A stretch of DNA of 64,000 bases from Chrysomallon squamiferum (GCA_012295275.1 CM022670.1:34782001-34846000); one strand, 5' to 3'. Shown: positions 28,162-61,145, numbered from the stretch's first letter. Notes: generated from the sequence alone by a model not told the origin. A program made the numbers and translations.

Positions 28162-29098
28162 GTAAATGTGTGATTGTGTTTGTACATGTGAATTTATGAA
28201 TGTCTGTCTACTTGTGAGGTCTGAAAATGAAAAAAAAAAAAAAAAAATAGAAAAGATTTAAGAAAAAAAGAAATGTAGAGATATTTTTTTTTTAATTCTT
28301 ATAGCTATGTGAAAAAGACGGAGACTGAATTCTGGTCACCTCAGGAAATGTATCTACATGTAAAGGAAGATTTAGACAAACTGTTGGCCTTCAACCCACA
28401 AAATTTCAGCAAATTTCAGCCTGTAAGCTTGGTTCTATGTGCATGTAGCTTCAGTTGTTTATGTATGTATGTGTGTATATATGTATGTATGTACGTATGT
28501 ATGTATGTATGTATACATACATACATATATATATATTTAAATATATATAAATATATATAATGTATATCAGTATGTATATTATGTATGTATGTATGTATGT
28601 ATGTATGTATGTATGTATGTATGTATGTGTGCGTGTATGCTCACTTACTATCCCATTCCTAAAAATATTAAATAATATGACATTTAACGAAATAAAATTT
28701 TACTAACATCATTTGATACAGACATTGTAAAAAATATTTTAAGATTATTACTGGCCATATAATAATTACCCTCAAAATATAACTGTAATTTTTAGAAGTA
28801 AATTTTTGTTTCAGCCAAAACGAGAAGAAAAACTTGAACGACTTTTGCACATTCCTCCCAGTCAACGCACACCTCAACATCTGAAAACAGTAAACTTACA
28901 GTCGTATTAGCATTTTCTGTAAAATTATCAGTAGATATGCTACTACAAGCCTTTCTTTTTCATATTAGTGTTATAAAATGTTTTAGTTAATCGACAGTTC
29001 AATTTATTTACGTTATATAAATTCGGTATCATTACCATTTTTGTTTTGTCGGATTTTTATTCTTGTTTCTAATTATTATCAGGGTACATTTTAACAGT

Positions 29099-29129
<31 letters not shown>

Positions 29130-29255
29130 ATATATCTCTCTCTCTTTCTCTCTCTCATTATCACTCTCAGTCTCTATGTTTCTACATCTATCTGTCTATC
29201 TGTTTGTCTGTTGTCTGTCTGTGTACCTAACTATCTATCTATATCTATCTATCTA

Positions 29256-29286
<31 letters not shown>

Positions 29287-29349
29287 TTCTATCTATCAAT
29301 CTATCTACCTATCTCTATCTATCTACCTGTCTATCTGTCTTTCTGTCTG

Positions 29350-29446
<97 letters not shown>

Positions 29447-29863
29447 GTATCTGTCTATCTATCTATCTATTTCTGTATATATCTCTATCTATATCTATTT
29501 CTATCTGTCTGTATATCTGTCTATCTATCAATCTGTGTATTTTGTGTTTTTAGTTAACATATATTATGTTAACTGTAAAATATGTTTTAGATTTTGGCGT
29601 TCATCCGAACAAACTGGTCGTTTCAAGATTACCCAGCTAACATTCAGATAGAACTCTGCAAACGACTCATCTATCAAAAGTAAGATCGTAAACAAAGATT
29701 TCAGTACATGTGTATCAGAATTTCCTTACACACAAGAACATTTTTAATACTTTTACAAATTAAGCATTGATTATGTAGGCCAGCCGCAGTCTGCTGGGTA
29801 TCCACAAATGTGACAGGTCGTCATCATTACTATAAATAAATAAATAGAAAAATAAATAAATAA

Positions 29864-29897
<34 letters not shown>

Positions 29898-30041
29898 CGA
29901 TAGGTAATTTAAAGTGCCTTCACTCATAGAATTATTGTTTGGATTATTTAAAGATTTATAATAATAAATAAATAAATAAATACACCAAGAACACTTCAAA
30001 TAATAAATTTAATAATAATAATATATAAAACATGTAATTAA

Positions 30042-30072
<31 letters not shown>

Positions 30073-30818
30073 ATACATCATCCACCTTCTGAAACTTCAA
30101 ATTTGGAACTCTTTTGTAACAAGGACGTATAAACACATGTAATTCAGAACTGCTTCTTCTCAGAGACTGAAGCCAGAAGTTTTAACTAGGATTTTATTCT
30201 GGAAATAGGGTCATCCACCTGTTCTGCAAGATAAACTTGATTTTATCTGGAAGGTTGTTTTTTAGTGTCAACATACATGGGACGTCGACTGTTAGTGTAC
30301 AAGAGTGGATTTTATACATGGAAATAGGTTCGTGACTGTTAGTGTACAAGATAAAGTGATTTTATACATGGAAATAGGTTGTTTGACTGTTAGTGTACAA
30401 GATAAAGTGATTTTATACACGGAAATAGGTTGTTTGACTGTTAGTGTACAAGATAAAGTGATTTTATACATGGAAATAGGTTGCGTGACTGTTAGTGTAC
30501 AAGATAAAGTGATTTTATACATGGAAATAGGTTGTTTGACTGTTAGTGTACAAGATAAAGCTAGCAAAGAAACAAATAATTTAAAATAATGATAATAATA
30601 ATAATAATGACAATGATTATGACATTTATGATGATGATAATGATGATGTTGATGATGATAATGATGATGATAATAATAATAATGATTATGACATTTATGA
30701 TGAGAACGATGATATTTTATGATGAGAATGATGATGTTTTTGATGATGATGATAATAATAATAATAATAATAAATGACATTTATGATGAGAACGATGATG
30801 TTGATGATGATGATGATG

Positions 30819-30865
<47 letters not shown>

Positions 30866-31349
30866 CATGGAAAATCAAGCAAAGAATCAAATAATTAAAA
30901 ACAAATTAATTTTTTTTTTTTTAAATGCTAACAATAAAACATAAAATAATAATACTAAATAAATACATAAATAAAGTACATCGACAGTAATTTATTAATA
31001 CTGCAACTCATGCAAATGTTTTGCTTGTTAACTGCAGGAACTAGCTTTACTTGAAGAAAAGACAAGAACAGCTACTATAATCTGCAAAACAAGCGTTGAA
31101 CTGGCAGCCATTTCCAAAGAGGTGAAATAAACCTTTTTACAACAAAGTCTTTACTTGATAAATAATACCATTTCGTAATTCTAGAAAATAATGAATCAAC
31201 AGGATCAGATTAAATATTAACTTAAAATTTTTATAAAAAAAAGAGTGAGCGAGAATAACGTGTATAACAACAACAACAACTACTACTACTACAACATGTA
31301 TATAAATATTATATTCATTTCTATCTATCTGTTTATCAGTATATCTGTA

Positions 31350-31445
<96 letters not shown>

Positions 31446-32268
31446 AGTCTATCTATACTGATAAATATCTTCTTTTAGGACTTCCATGAAATCATCAGAA
31501 AACCACTTTTGATACAACGACGACAGCATATACAGTTCTTACAGTACGTTGACATACACGTTTTTATTATTTCTGTGATTTCTGAAAAAAAAGTAATATG
31601 CCAGCAACAACAAAACAACCTAGTTAAAATATATTTTAACAGTTACAAATCTAAAATACTTTTGAACTAAAATATTTATTTCTTTAACAATAATTTATAT
31701 TATTTAGCAAAAAAAAAAAAAAAATAAAATAAAATAAAACCCAAAAAGGAATAATCACAAAGAAACAAAAGTATTACAACAAAACGAAACAACTTCTCCA
31801 AACAGCCCCCCACACATAATTAAAAAAACCTTCCAAAACAACAACAAGCAAGTAGATCACATAACATAATTTATTTTTTAATATATTATTGATATCATTA
31901 AATTTTTAGATCGACACAAGTTTTCAAAGATTTCCCATGTGAAATATTTGCTTTGAAACCTGATGATTTTTTCTATCAGTATATTCCGTAAGTATTGAAT
32001 TTCTGTGTACAATATAAAATAGATTAATTTATCATCATCGTCATCATCATCATCATCATCATCACCACCATCACCACCATCGTTAACAAATTCTATCGCC
32101 ATCATTTACTACAATATCATACTGTTGTTAGTGTTGTTCTTATTTATTCATTTTGTATATAAGAACAATTATTTTTCAGAAAGAACAAAATAATAATCAA
32201 GGATTCAAGAGTTTGCAAGTACTTGATAGCTATTAAATCGGTGAGTATAAATTACACCAAAAAACATA

Positions 32269-32299
<31 letters not shown>

Positions 32300-33084
32300 T
32301 TTTTAAAAACCCAAAACCAAATACAATTCATTCAAATAGATCTCTTTTCTGTTTAATAATATTAGATGTTTTAACATTAAAATAAAATGATTTACTTCCA
32401 TCTTTTTTTCTCTTCAACAAGTCATTTGATTTATTGTCACTGCATTATGAAGGCATGTGAACATGTTAAATTAAGATAAACGAAGTAATTTTAATAAGTA
32501 TTATTAAAACGTTATGAACGTGATAAATTAAATTTGTTTTATTCACTGTTTTGTAAACAGGGTAAATGTATACTAGTGGGACAGTTTCTCGATAACCCAC
32601 CACAAAGAAACGACGAGAAACTTTACAATAACAAGGAAATGGAACAAAATTTTCCTTATTTAACAGAAATGAAGAAAAGGAACAGTCCATGCAACAGACC
32701 AAGTAAGTTTACACACACATGCATGCACGCACATGAACACACACACACGCACACATAATATTAATTAAAATAAGTTAGAAAATAAATGAAACAATAATTA
32801 AGAAGTGAAGAAGCTATGAACATTTGGTTAAATAATACACTGAGCGTCTTTTGTTTTGCCGTATTTTTATTATTTTACTCGCATAATAATCGTTGTGAAT
32901 TATTTCAAATTAACTACAGAGACTGAGTCGGCACTTGATGCTATACGAGATTTTCGTGACTCGTTGGAAGTCGGGTTACTGACCGGTGTTGTCGACAAAC
33001 TTGAAAATTTCAGTGAACACAGAAAATCTCAGGTATGCGACTTTAACACACACACACACACACAGACACACTCACATACACACA

Positions 33085-33165
<81 letters not shown>

Positions 33166-35053
33166 AAACCAATTCTGAAAATACAATATACTAATAAATA
33201 TTCACATTTTTCTATGGCGTTTACAGATATCTAGTAAAAACACAGACAGACCGCACTTCAGACAGCGGCCACCTCTACACAGAAGCAGAACTATGAGCAA
33301 CCTCTACGACTGCGTGGAAACAGAACATCGTCTCGCAGCTGTAAGCAGAAAGGTTTGTTGCAGTCGAGAAAAATTCAGTTTTCTTTTCCAAAGTAGTTGT
33401 GAAATAGAGGTTCTCCGAAAATGATCTGATATTATTATAAAAGCACATTTTTAACCGTAACCTTTAATAGAAAATAGAATTGAACAGATCAAGCATCTTA
33501 TGGTTCGATAAAACAGTTTTAAAATAATGCTGTAGTAGTGTTAAACGTTTTTTTCTTCTTCTTAAATATAAGTTTTTTTCATTTTAGAAAAAATATAAGA
33601 GATAATTTTTGGACGGAACAATATTTTATCGTCTTTTTTTATTGCTTTATTTCTTTATTTTTATTTTTTATTATTATTTTCTTTGACTGAAAAAATTATT
33701 TAATTTGTTATTACGTATTTCTAAAGTATAAAAACATTGCTGATCAGTGTGTTTTAACTAACAAGGCGTGTTGCTTTCCTTTTCTTATTGTTTAGACTGA
33801 ATGCGAGATGAAGGGTAAAACAGACAAACAGTTCTGGGCTTCACGTTTGAAAGGATCAGAATCTGCAAAAAGTAGAAGACAAGGTCAAAGAATTTTACAC
33901 GCCCACTTACAGAACGTCACTCAGATTTCAAATCTTGTCACAGTCTGTGTAGAGTAACAAACAAGCACTGATATATCTGATGAAACAACAACAAAACAAA
34001 CCTCACTGAACTTTAACTCTTCATATATCAAAAAGCACATTCTGCAACTTTCTACAAGACTAAAGAGTTGAATATCATAAGTTACTGACCAGTTTTTAAA
34101 GTTAACATCTCTAACAGAATTTTTTTTTACACAAGGTCAAAATCAAAATTAGATACTGAAAATCGAAAGCGATGTGATATTATGAAAACCCATACTAAAA
34201 TGGCTAAAATATTTTAGCATCCATTACACCTTACTTTTTTTTGACTTTTTCAAAATATGCTAAATTATCGTTTTTATATTTTTTTTTTAATAACTAACAC
34301 GAATTTTATAGACATGTTTATTCTGTTTCCAAGGGAATAAAACATAGAGAATATTTCGAACATTTTAATTACTAATACTCTTTGTTTATAATAATAAGTA
34401 ACCGATCTGACAGCTAATATAATAATTATTTTAAATGTTTTTCTTTATTTCATTTTATATGTTCTAGCTTCAAGTCGAAGTTTTCGATCTAGATCGGAGA
34501 AATCACGGGTATGTATGAAAAGGTTAAAATTAGTTTGATTAATGTTGATATCACGGCCTTATTTGTACAAGGTAATTTCGAAGATAAGTATGTAAACTCA
34601 GTTGTCAAAATATTTACACATATTTACGTCAAGGACATGCCATATTTTCCAGTTTATCTTACTAACACCAAATACTTCAGAACTGGTAATTTTAACAGAA
34701 ATCTTCATAGGACCGAACGATTAAGTTTTGATATTTAAAATTACTATTAGCAACGTTCAAATTAGAAAATGAGTCAACTAAGAGAAATAACTTTAAACTT
34801 TTTTTTTTTTTTAAATCGATTCTTCCCATTTGCAATGATTAAAAACAAATTTTATCTGTCACATTTTTAATGAGTCTCAACCCATGAGTGAATTTAAAAA
34901 AACAAACTAACTAACATGTTGTTCTAAATGCAGAGTTCTGACTTTATGGTTAGAAAAGATCGGTTTATGTTCGCACAAGTTGCCACTCTTATACAAGGCG
35001 CGGTTTTTGTGAGTACACACCAGTATTTGAAATACTCTTGTTCTACTACTACA

Positions 35054-35094
<41 letters not shown>

Positions 35095-35486
35095 ACTACT
35101 ACTACTGCTAATATTGCTGCTAATGATAATGCTGTTGAAACAATACTTGTTCTACCACTACCACTACCACTGCAGCAATAATAATAGCCACCAACACCAT
35201 CAATGTTAATAATAATGAATGAAAATAATTTAATATAGTTTACTATATTCAGAATTTATATTAAATATGCTAACCTCATAAAGCGAAACTAAAACATACA
35301 ATGAACAGAACTAGTAGTTCCACGAAAATAAAGATCACAATAAATTATTATCACCACTAACTTAACTTAGCATTTCTTTCAACCATATATTTCTTGCCAA
35401 TAGCAAACATACTTGATTTAGTAATACATAAGAACGTTAATGTGTATTAATTCGATTTCAAATTAAAATCATCATCATTATTATCA

Positions 35487-35520
<34 letters not shown>

Positions 35521-35612
35521 TACCACTATTATTATTATTATTATATTTATTATTATTATTATTATTATTGTTATTATTGTTATTATTATTATTGTTATTA
35601 TTATTATTGTTA

Positions 35613-35665
<53 letters not shown>

Positions 35666-36413
35666 GTTATTATTATTATTGTCCAGGGTTTGGAGTCTCT
35701 CGTTGAGAAACCTAACACGTCACTAAGTCTAGTCAGCCTGGGTGCCGAGTGTCTGTTCATTTCTAAGGAATTGTTCATGAAAGAAGCCAACATCAAAACT
35801 CTTCGTGTGGTCAACGATATGGTCAGTAGTCCTGTTAGTTTAACTGCTTTTATCACATACTGTACACATAATACTTCAACAGTACAGCTTAATATTATTA
35901 ATAAACTAGTTTACTCTCCTTGCTGGGTTTTGCGTGTGTGTGTGTGCGTGTGTGTGTCTCTATCTATCTATCTTTCTGTCTATGTATATGTCTATATGTC
36001 TGAATGTGTCTATCTATCTGTCTATCTATCTATATATCTGTCTGTCTGTCTGTCTACCTACCTGCCTACCTCTATCCCTTCCACTCTATGTTATTATCTC
36101 TCTTTCTCTTTCTACTTCACTGTCGTTCATTATCTGTTATACACTTACAACCAATCTTGACCAGAAATGTTCTGTCTTTGATGGTGATGATGACTATGAC
36201 GATGATAATGATGATGATAACGGTGATGATGACGATGATAATGTTGATAATAATAAAAATAACAGGAAAATTCACATTTTCTTTTGACTGCAGGTTATGA
36301 AATATCCGTCTCAAGATTATATTCGAGATCAGGTGAAGATTAAAAGGAAATGGATAAAGTACAAAGAAGATCTTGTTAACGAAATCATCAGAACGAAAGG
36401 TCGACATCACTAA
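25676..36413 (+). CDS. Cyclic nucleotide-binding domain protein (CNBD2-like, two CNB domains), paralog A; two internal exons not found
   Basis: Exons: 25676-26224, 26756-26826 ([17 protein letters not shown]), 28305-28422 (LLAFNPQNF), 28815-28889 ([14 protein letters not shown]), 29591-29679 ([20 protein letters not shown]), [gap], 31038-31121 ([28 protein letters not shown]), 31479-31543, 31910-31987 (VFKDFPCE), 32180-32240 (IIIKDS..LIAIKS), 32561-32702, 32920-33032, 33227-33352 (alternative donor 33340), 33796-33883, 34468-34508, 34934-35008 (LIQGAVF), 35687-35821 ([22 protein letters not shown]), 36294-36413 (YPS..W..YK, TAA). ELAL...RTA is the canonical CNB phosphate-binding cassette. Phases are consistent except across 29680-31037. 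Confidence 0.88.
27859..28158. repeat. (CT)n microsatellite
   Basis: Directly visible. Confidence 0.95.
29185..29530. repeat. (TCTA)n microsatellite
   Basis: Directly visible. Confidence 0.95.
30190..30559. repeat. 51-bp minisatellite (~5 good copies at 30287-30559 plus a degenerate 5' unit)
   Basis: Unit gtgattttatacatggaaataggttgtttgactgttagtgtacaagataaa; degenerate unit gattttattctggaaataggg..tgcaagataaacttgattttat at 30190-30246. Confidence 0.92.
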
Positions 36414-37251
36414 TACAGTCACTTAGCACTTAGACAGCTCGTTAGACAATCTCAGTTAATTATTTTGAAGACATCAGTACAGTAACAACAGTGAGAAATA
36501 TTCATCAAATATATTTATTTCTTTTAATGTTTGATTCAAGACAAATGATGTATTTTAAAGTGGGTCTCAAACATTTAATCTAAACACATTTTTGTATACT
36601 TTCACGTTGTTTTAACTGACCAGATCGAGTTATTTATACCAAAATTTTATAAATATAAAGGATATATATTTTGTTCTATATCTGTAACGGATATATTTAC
36701 ATTTTTATTTCAGAAATGTCATAACCATAAAAAAAAAAAAAAAAAAAAAAAAATAATAATAATAATAAAATCAATAATAAAAAAAAAAAAATGTCAGCTT
36801 TCATGGATCGCTACGGTGATCTCATTCTTTATTGTTAGCAAAGGATGGTATTAGAAACATAAAAACAATTGAAAGTATACGAAATACATTTAGACTATTT
36901 ACTTTGAAACATTTTTTAATACTTTACATCCCACTGTGGTTTTAATGCACGTACAGAATAAATTATTTGATTATCACAGCTCGGGGCTTTGTTGACTATC
37001 AGATTAAATAATTTGAACATCGTAGTTTTAGGCTTGGCTGACTATTAGAATAAACTAATTAATTATCACAGATTTTTAACACAATACTGATATGTATCAA
37101 ATATACCACAGTTTTGATTCAGGTCATATGGAAGAAAAAAAATAATAGCCATTATTATATATATGTTATAAACAATAAAATGTATTAAATGCAGATAGAT
37201 TTAGCAAGGGATGAACGTTAATAAATAATAACAATATTAACAATGGATCAA

Positions 37252-37335
<84 letters not shown>

Positions 37336-37657
37336 TAATAATAATAATAATAACAATGACGATATCAACATTGTTCAACGTTTCATTCCACAGTTTAGCT
37401 TTGCCATACAATAACATTCATTTTTAATAAATAGTTTGATTTCATAATATAAATATAAATATAATTGCAGTCAGTTTTACGAACACATCACTTTTCAAAA
37501 TTCAGCAATGTCTTTGATTGTCCAGCCTTAACACTGATGTCCTCACGTAACAAACATTTAGGCAAATGTCGCGACAGATTCGAAATACGTATTTCAGATT
37601 TTTTGTTTTTCTCTTAACACTTAGTTTAAGGATGAAAAGCTGTTGTAGTTGTTGCTG

Positions 37658-55830
<18,173 letters not shown>

Positions 55831-56998
55831 TTAGTTTTTGTCACCAGTAAAGATGAAAGCATTTATAAAAAATTTTTTAAAAACGGTAACGCGTCGACAT
55901 CAATGCTGGGGAAACTTTCTGCGAAGAATGGAACTGAACGGAACGAAGCGAAAAACAAAACAGTGAATAACGAATATTTTTGTTGGAACGTAACAGTCCA
56001 GCCCCAAGTCGATATCGCGAGAGCTGTAATGAAGCCAAGGCTGAGTTAGTATTTTTTTTTTTTTGTATTGCAACGTCTCCACGGCCGATTGTAAATCCAC
56101 ACTGATCCGTGAAAATATTCGGCGTTAATCTCTAATCTACCTGTGCTAATCACGTCATCGGGTTCTCAGTCTATTGGGCCAGGCGCAAATGCTGCAATAT
56201 GATTAGCGCCGATATAAGTTACGTCACGCACCACAGACCCGACTGGTACGATAAAACAAAGTGGTGAGGTCCAACCATAAATAATACGAGCTCAGCCAGG
56301 CGTGTCGTCGCCAGATCGTTGTAAATTGCACTTTTCTGAATCAATTGAACTTACTTATTCTCGTTAACATTATCTGTCGTGCAGCAAACTGAAAAAATCA
56401 TGTCTGTTAAACTACAGACAGACAGATCTAAGACCTTTCAGAAAAATGAGAATTTGCTGAATTATACTTCTCTCTTATGCACTAGATAATAATAATAATA
56501 ATAATAATAATGATGATGATGATATTTAATTTAAAAACTAATATGAAAGGAATAGTCGTTTCACTGATTAATTATTTAATTTTCGTTCAAACGACAATAA
56601 AAAAAACCCCAAAACCCCGAAGAGATAAAGAAAGATAAAAAAACCACGGTGAATACAAAAACATCTTCAATATTTAATTGTTTTGTATCGCCTGCTGCCA
56701 GGTCAAAAAGCAATAATAACAATAAATAAATAATTAACTGGGTGGCTTTCCTCTGAATGATGTAACGGAACCCATCTCCTTGGTTTCCACGCTGCAGTTA
56801 ATGAGATTGCCGAATGCAGAAACTAAAACCGTTTCAGACGAATGGTTAGTTCTTCGGCTGAAAATCACAAATCAGCATCGATTTTCAGAACAAAGCGAAA
56901 AAGAATATAGATTCGCTCTGTTGTGTTTTCTCAATTGAATCTTTTGTTGTCAGTAGAAGAATGTCTAATCCATTGATCTGATCCTGTCTGAACAGGGG

Positions 56999-57038
<40 letters not shown>

Positions 57039-57291
57039 CTGAACATCGCGACATGGTGAAAGTGTCGTGGTGTATCGCAGTCGATGATGACGTCCTTTAC
57101 AGTGAAAATGTGTTAGCAGACGGCGTAACGTTACACCAGTTACAGAGGCCAGTGTATAACGTAACGTAACAAATTAAAATCAGTGTCGTTTGTATACGTT
57201 TCTTAAAACTGTACTAAACATCCGCCTATCATGACTAACTAATAACACAAATGTTAGGACAGGATTATGTGAAACAACTGATTAAATGGAT

Positions 57292-57342
<51 letters not shown>

Positions 57343-57346
<4 letters not shown>

Positions 57347-57457
57347 GATAAAGGGTATATTTAGTAAACAATATGTTTGAAATGTTATTTCTTAATACGT
57401 TTTAAATTTTGTTAGTACAATAATTAAATCATGATCTTCAAATGACCAGCAAAAACA
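57343..57457. mobile_element. Dispersed ~120-bp repeat, copy 2, between two (GA)n tracts
   Basis: Near-identical to 40302-40428; (GA)n at 57297-57342 and 57497-57642. Confidence 0.75.
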
Positions 57458-57536
57458 ACCTTATAATAATGCATAAAATGTGATTATGTATTTAACAGAG
57501 AGAGAGAGAGAGTGAGAGAGAGAGAGAGAGAGTGTG

Positions 57537-57645
<109 letters not shown>

Positions 57646-58237
57646 TTTACTTTTATTATAGCATAAACCTCATGTACTCTTAATGGAATAATAGTTTTAA
57701 TTTTATTTACCTTTTATTGTTATGTATCAAAAGTTGAAATGCTAATGAAAACAATAAATGTGATATTGATGTTGTAGAACTGTTGGCGAAACCGTGTTTT
57801 TTGGTTTCTGTTTGATTACTTTAAAGACAAGCCATTAGGATTTAAACAAACATTCACTTTATGAGTCACCGAATTAAAGGAATACTCAGAACACAGGGCG
57901 TGGTTTGCTGTACTTTCTCTTCTAAGTTACTGCGTAAAATGATCAAACGCTTTGGTTAAAATGGTTAAAATAATAACGAAGGATTTTTTTAAATTAAAAA
58001 ACACATATTCACTGTTGTAAAATAGACAACTGGTTTGCTTATAGTCAGTCAAGCGGCGAAAAACACGTTATAACCGGAATATTAAATGAATATTTCAAAG
58101 TTTACAAGTTATTTCTTGTGACCATTAGAGATAATTAATTGTTTTGTTGTTGTTGTTTGTTTGTTTGTGTGTTTGTTGTTGTTTTTTGTTTGTGTGTTTG
58201 TTGTTGTTTTTTGTTTATTATTTGTTTGTTTGTTTGT

Positions 58238-58337
<100 letters not shown>

Positions 58338-58903
58338 TTCTATTTGATAAAGTGTCACTTATTTACTGGTGAATCTAACATACGTCGTTTTTACATAGAT
58401 ATCTAATAGTTTGACCATTTTTTTAAGTCAGAGGCCATCAAATGTTTGGGTGTTAGGAACTCTTCACTCTATCAATGTCACTGGGTTCTAAAACAGCATT
58501 TTTTTCAAGCTTTATTTTTTCTTTTCTTTTTATTTCAGTTTTCTTTTTCTTTTATAAAGTTATTTAATTTTAAAATCAGTGGTAAAAGCAAATAACATAT
58601 TAAATTCTGATCTCGCCGAACGCCTAAAAGAATATTTTTTGAAACCCTGTTTTAAAACAACGTAAAAATTGTCTACACAGTAAATAATCGTTCCAGGATA
58701 TTTTAAAGGGCTTTTTTTTTAGTGTGAATGAGTTATTGGCGCTTTAATGACTGGTGTTTTAGAATGTGACATTAACTACAGTGTGAGCACGAAACTATTG
58801 TTCCAAATACACCTAATACGAAATGACTAATCTAAGCCATACATTACATTTGTCACTGTGTTTGTCTATTTGTATTTCTCAAGGGTTTGATTTATCAGAA
58901 ATA

Positions 58904-58946
<43 letters not shown>

Positions 58947-58990
58947 TTCAGAGAGACAGAGAGACAGAGCGTGGTTTGAGATTCTGATAA

Positions 58991-59089
<99 letters not shown>

Positions 59090-59427
59090 AATCTTAAAAC
59101 ATGTCAGTACATTGAAATATGAACAACCATTTTTTGTGGTGCGACTGAAGCAGTGATTAAAATCACTTACTTCAAGTTTATATGTCTATTCACGTCTACT
59201 AACGTCCCATACAAAATTCATTATAAATGACATTTTTTTTGGTTTCGTTATTGTTTTTATTTATTTGTTTATTTATTTAATTTGGTGGGTTTTTTTTCCT
59301 ATACTAAATTACAAATATCTTTTTATCTGACGTCAACATTTCACGTTCCCACACTCTTGCATGTTTTTTTTTTTTTTTTCATTCCCAGTTTGTTTCGCTT
59401 GAGTCTCCTTTTATCTGCATGGGAACA

Positions 59428-59722
59428 ATAATTTTATATTTATTTCTTACAACAGATTTTTGTTGTTGTTCTTCTTCTTATATGACAGAAAGAGTATATA
59501 CTAACTGATGTCGGCTAAAGTACGTTCTATGGGTCAGTATTAAAGAATTAAGTATACATATATATATACACTAGGAAAAATAATTTTATATTTACTTCTT
59601 ACAAGAGATATCGTTTTTTTTTCTTCTTCTTATATCACAGAAAGAGTATACACTAATATTTGAAGGCTAAATTACGTTCTCTGGGTCAGTATTAAAGAAT
59701 TAAGTATACATATGTACACTAG
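59428..59722. repeat. Diverged tandem duplication, ~152-bp period, 2 copies
   Basis: ttcttcttcttatat.acagaaagagtata.actaa...ggctaaa.tacgttct.tgggtcagtattaaagaattaagtatacata occurs twice. Confidence 0.9.
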
Positions 59723-60725
59723 CAATAAAATAAAATACAATTATGTAACAAGGCGAGCAGCTTAGCTGAATGAACAGGCCGGTATCAAAGCCAAGTTTTT
59801 TTTATTTAAGAGAAAACCCGGGAACTTCGTGTATAACATGCGGTGTGTAATATCATATATAACACACCCCATGCGTGACTGCAGTGTGCTGCATACAGGT
59901 GTACTTGCGTTCGAGGTTGTTGTCAAAGCGGTCATTTCCAGCTTAAGGATTTAGATTATTTTACTTGATTACCCCCGATTACAAACGCGAGGTGGAAGCT
60001 CCAAGCGAGGACACTGAGCGGGTGCATGGCATAGGGGTGAGTTCAAACAAGACAGGGGAGTTTGGCGCGATAATAATAACAACAATAATAATAATAATCA
60101 AAATGAAGTCACTGGTGGGATTGAGATTAGGCCTTGCTGGAGGTTTCAGTTGAAACCCACGAGAGACGAAAATCGCTTTTTTCCCCACGAATCTAGTTTT
60201 ACAGATATACTAACACCCCACAGTTAACGTGACAGAATATCGAGCAGAACAGTAATGACATTAATATAATTCATAATTAACGGTTAAGTCATTTTATTAC
60301 TTAAGGCCTGGACACATGATACAGAGATTACCTCTCAGTACCGTGCCTAACTTCTTTTTTTTAAATTATTTATGCAATAAAACAGACATATTGAAAACTT
60401 TCCCAATTCCACTGACAGTTAGAAAATGCGGCCAACGTAAATTTTCCCAATCATTTCTGACGGCGTAATACTTTACTGTCAGACACTGGGATCCTGTTTC
60501 GAACAGCGCAGTTGGATGTTGAGTTAACCATTGCAGTAAATGTATCCCAACAAGTGTGTTGATATCCGTACTGAGACCTACGCTCACTAAATCACTCGAT
60601 GACATAATCGTGAAAAAAGATCGCTAGCAGTTTAGACGGTGACCACGATATTGTCAAGAATTGTAGTTTATTTCAGGCTCTTATTATGTACATTCACTGT
60701 CATTGTTTGTAAACCAGTGCAAAGT

Positions 60726-60837
<112 letters not shown>

Positions 60838-61049
60838 GTAGTAATTGTAGTAGTAGTAGTAATAAATAATAGTAGTGGTAGTATTGGCAAAGAGTATCTA
60901 GATACGAGTATATATTGATATATTTTATTTAAATTTTATGGATACTTTATCATTAAATTTTTTATATATGCACCATTGTTTGGTCCACCCATCTCTATCG
61001 GTGAACACAAATTCAGGGATTTCATATAATCATTGGTTTCAGAGATTAT

Positions 61050-61087
<38 letters not shown>

Positions 61088-61099
61088 AGACACACACAC

Positions 61100-61145
<46 letters not shown>

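Noticed and set aside
30305-30589. Repetitive 94-aa ORF ([17 protein letters not shown])n
   Set aside because: It is open only because the 51-bp unit is a multiple of 3; there is no start or splice support.
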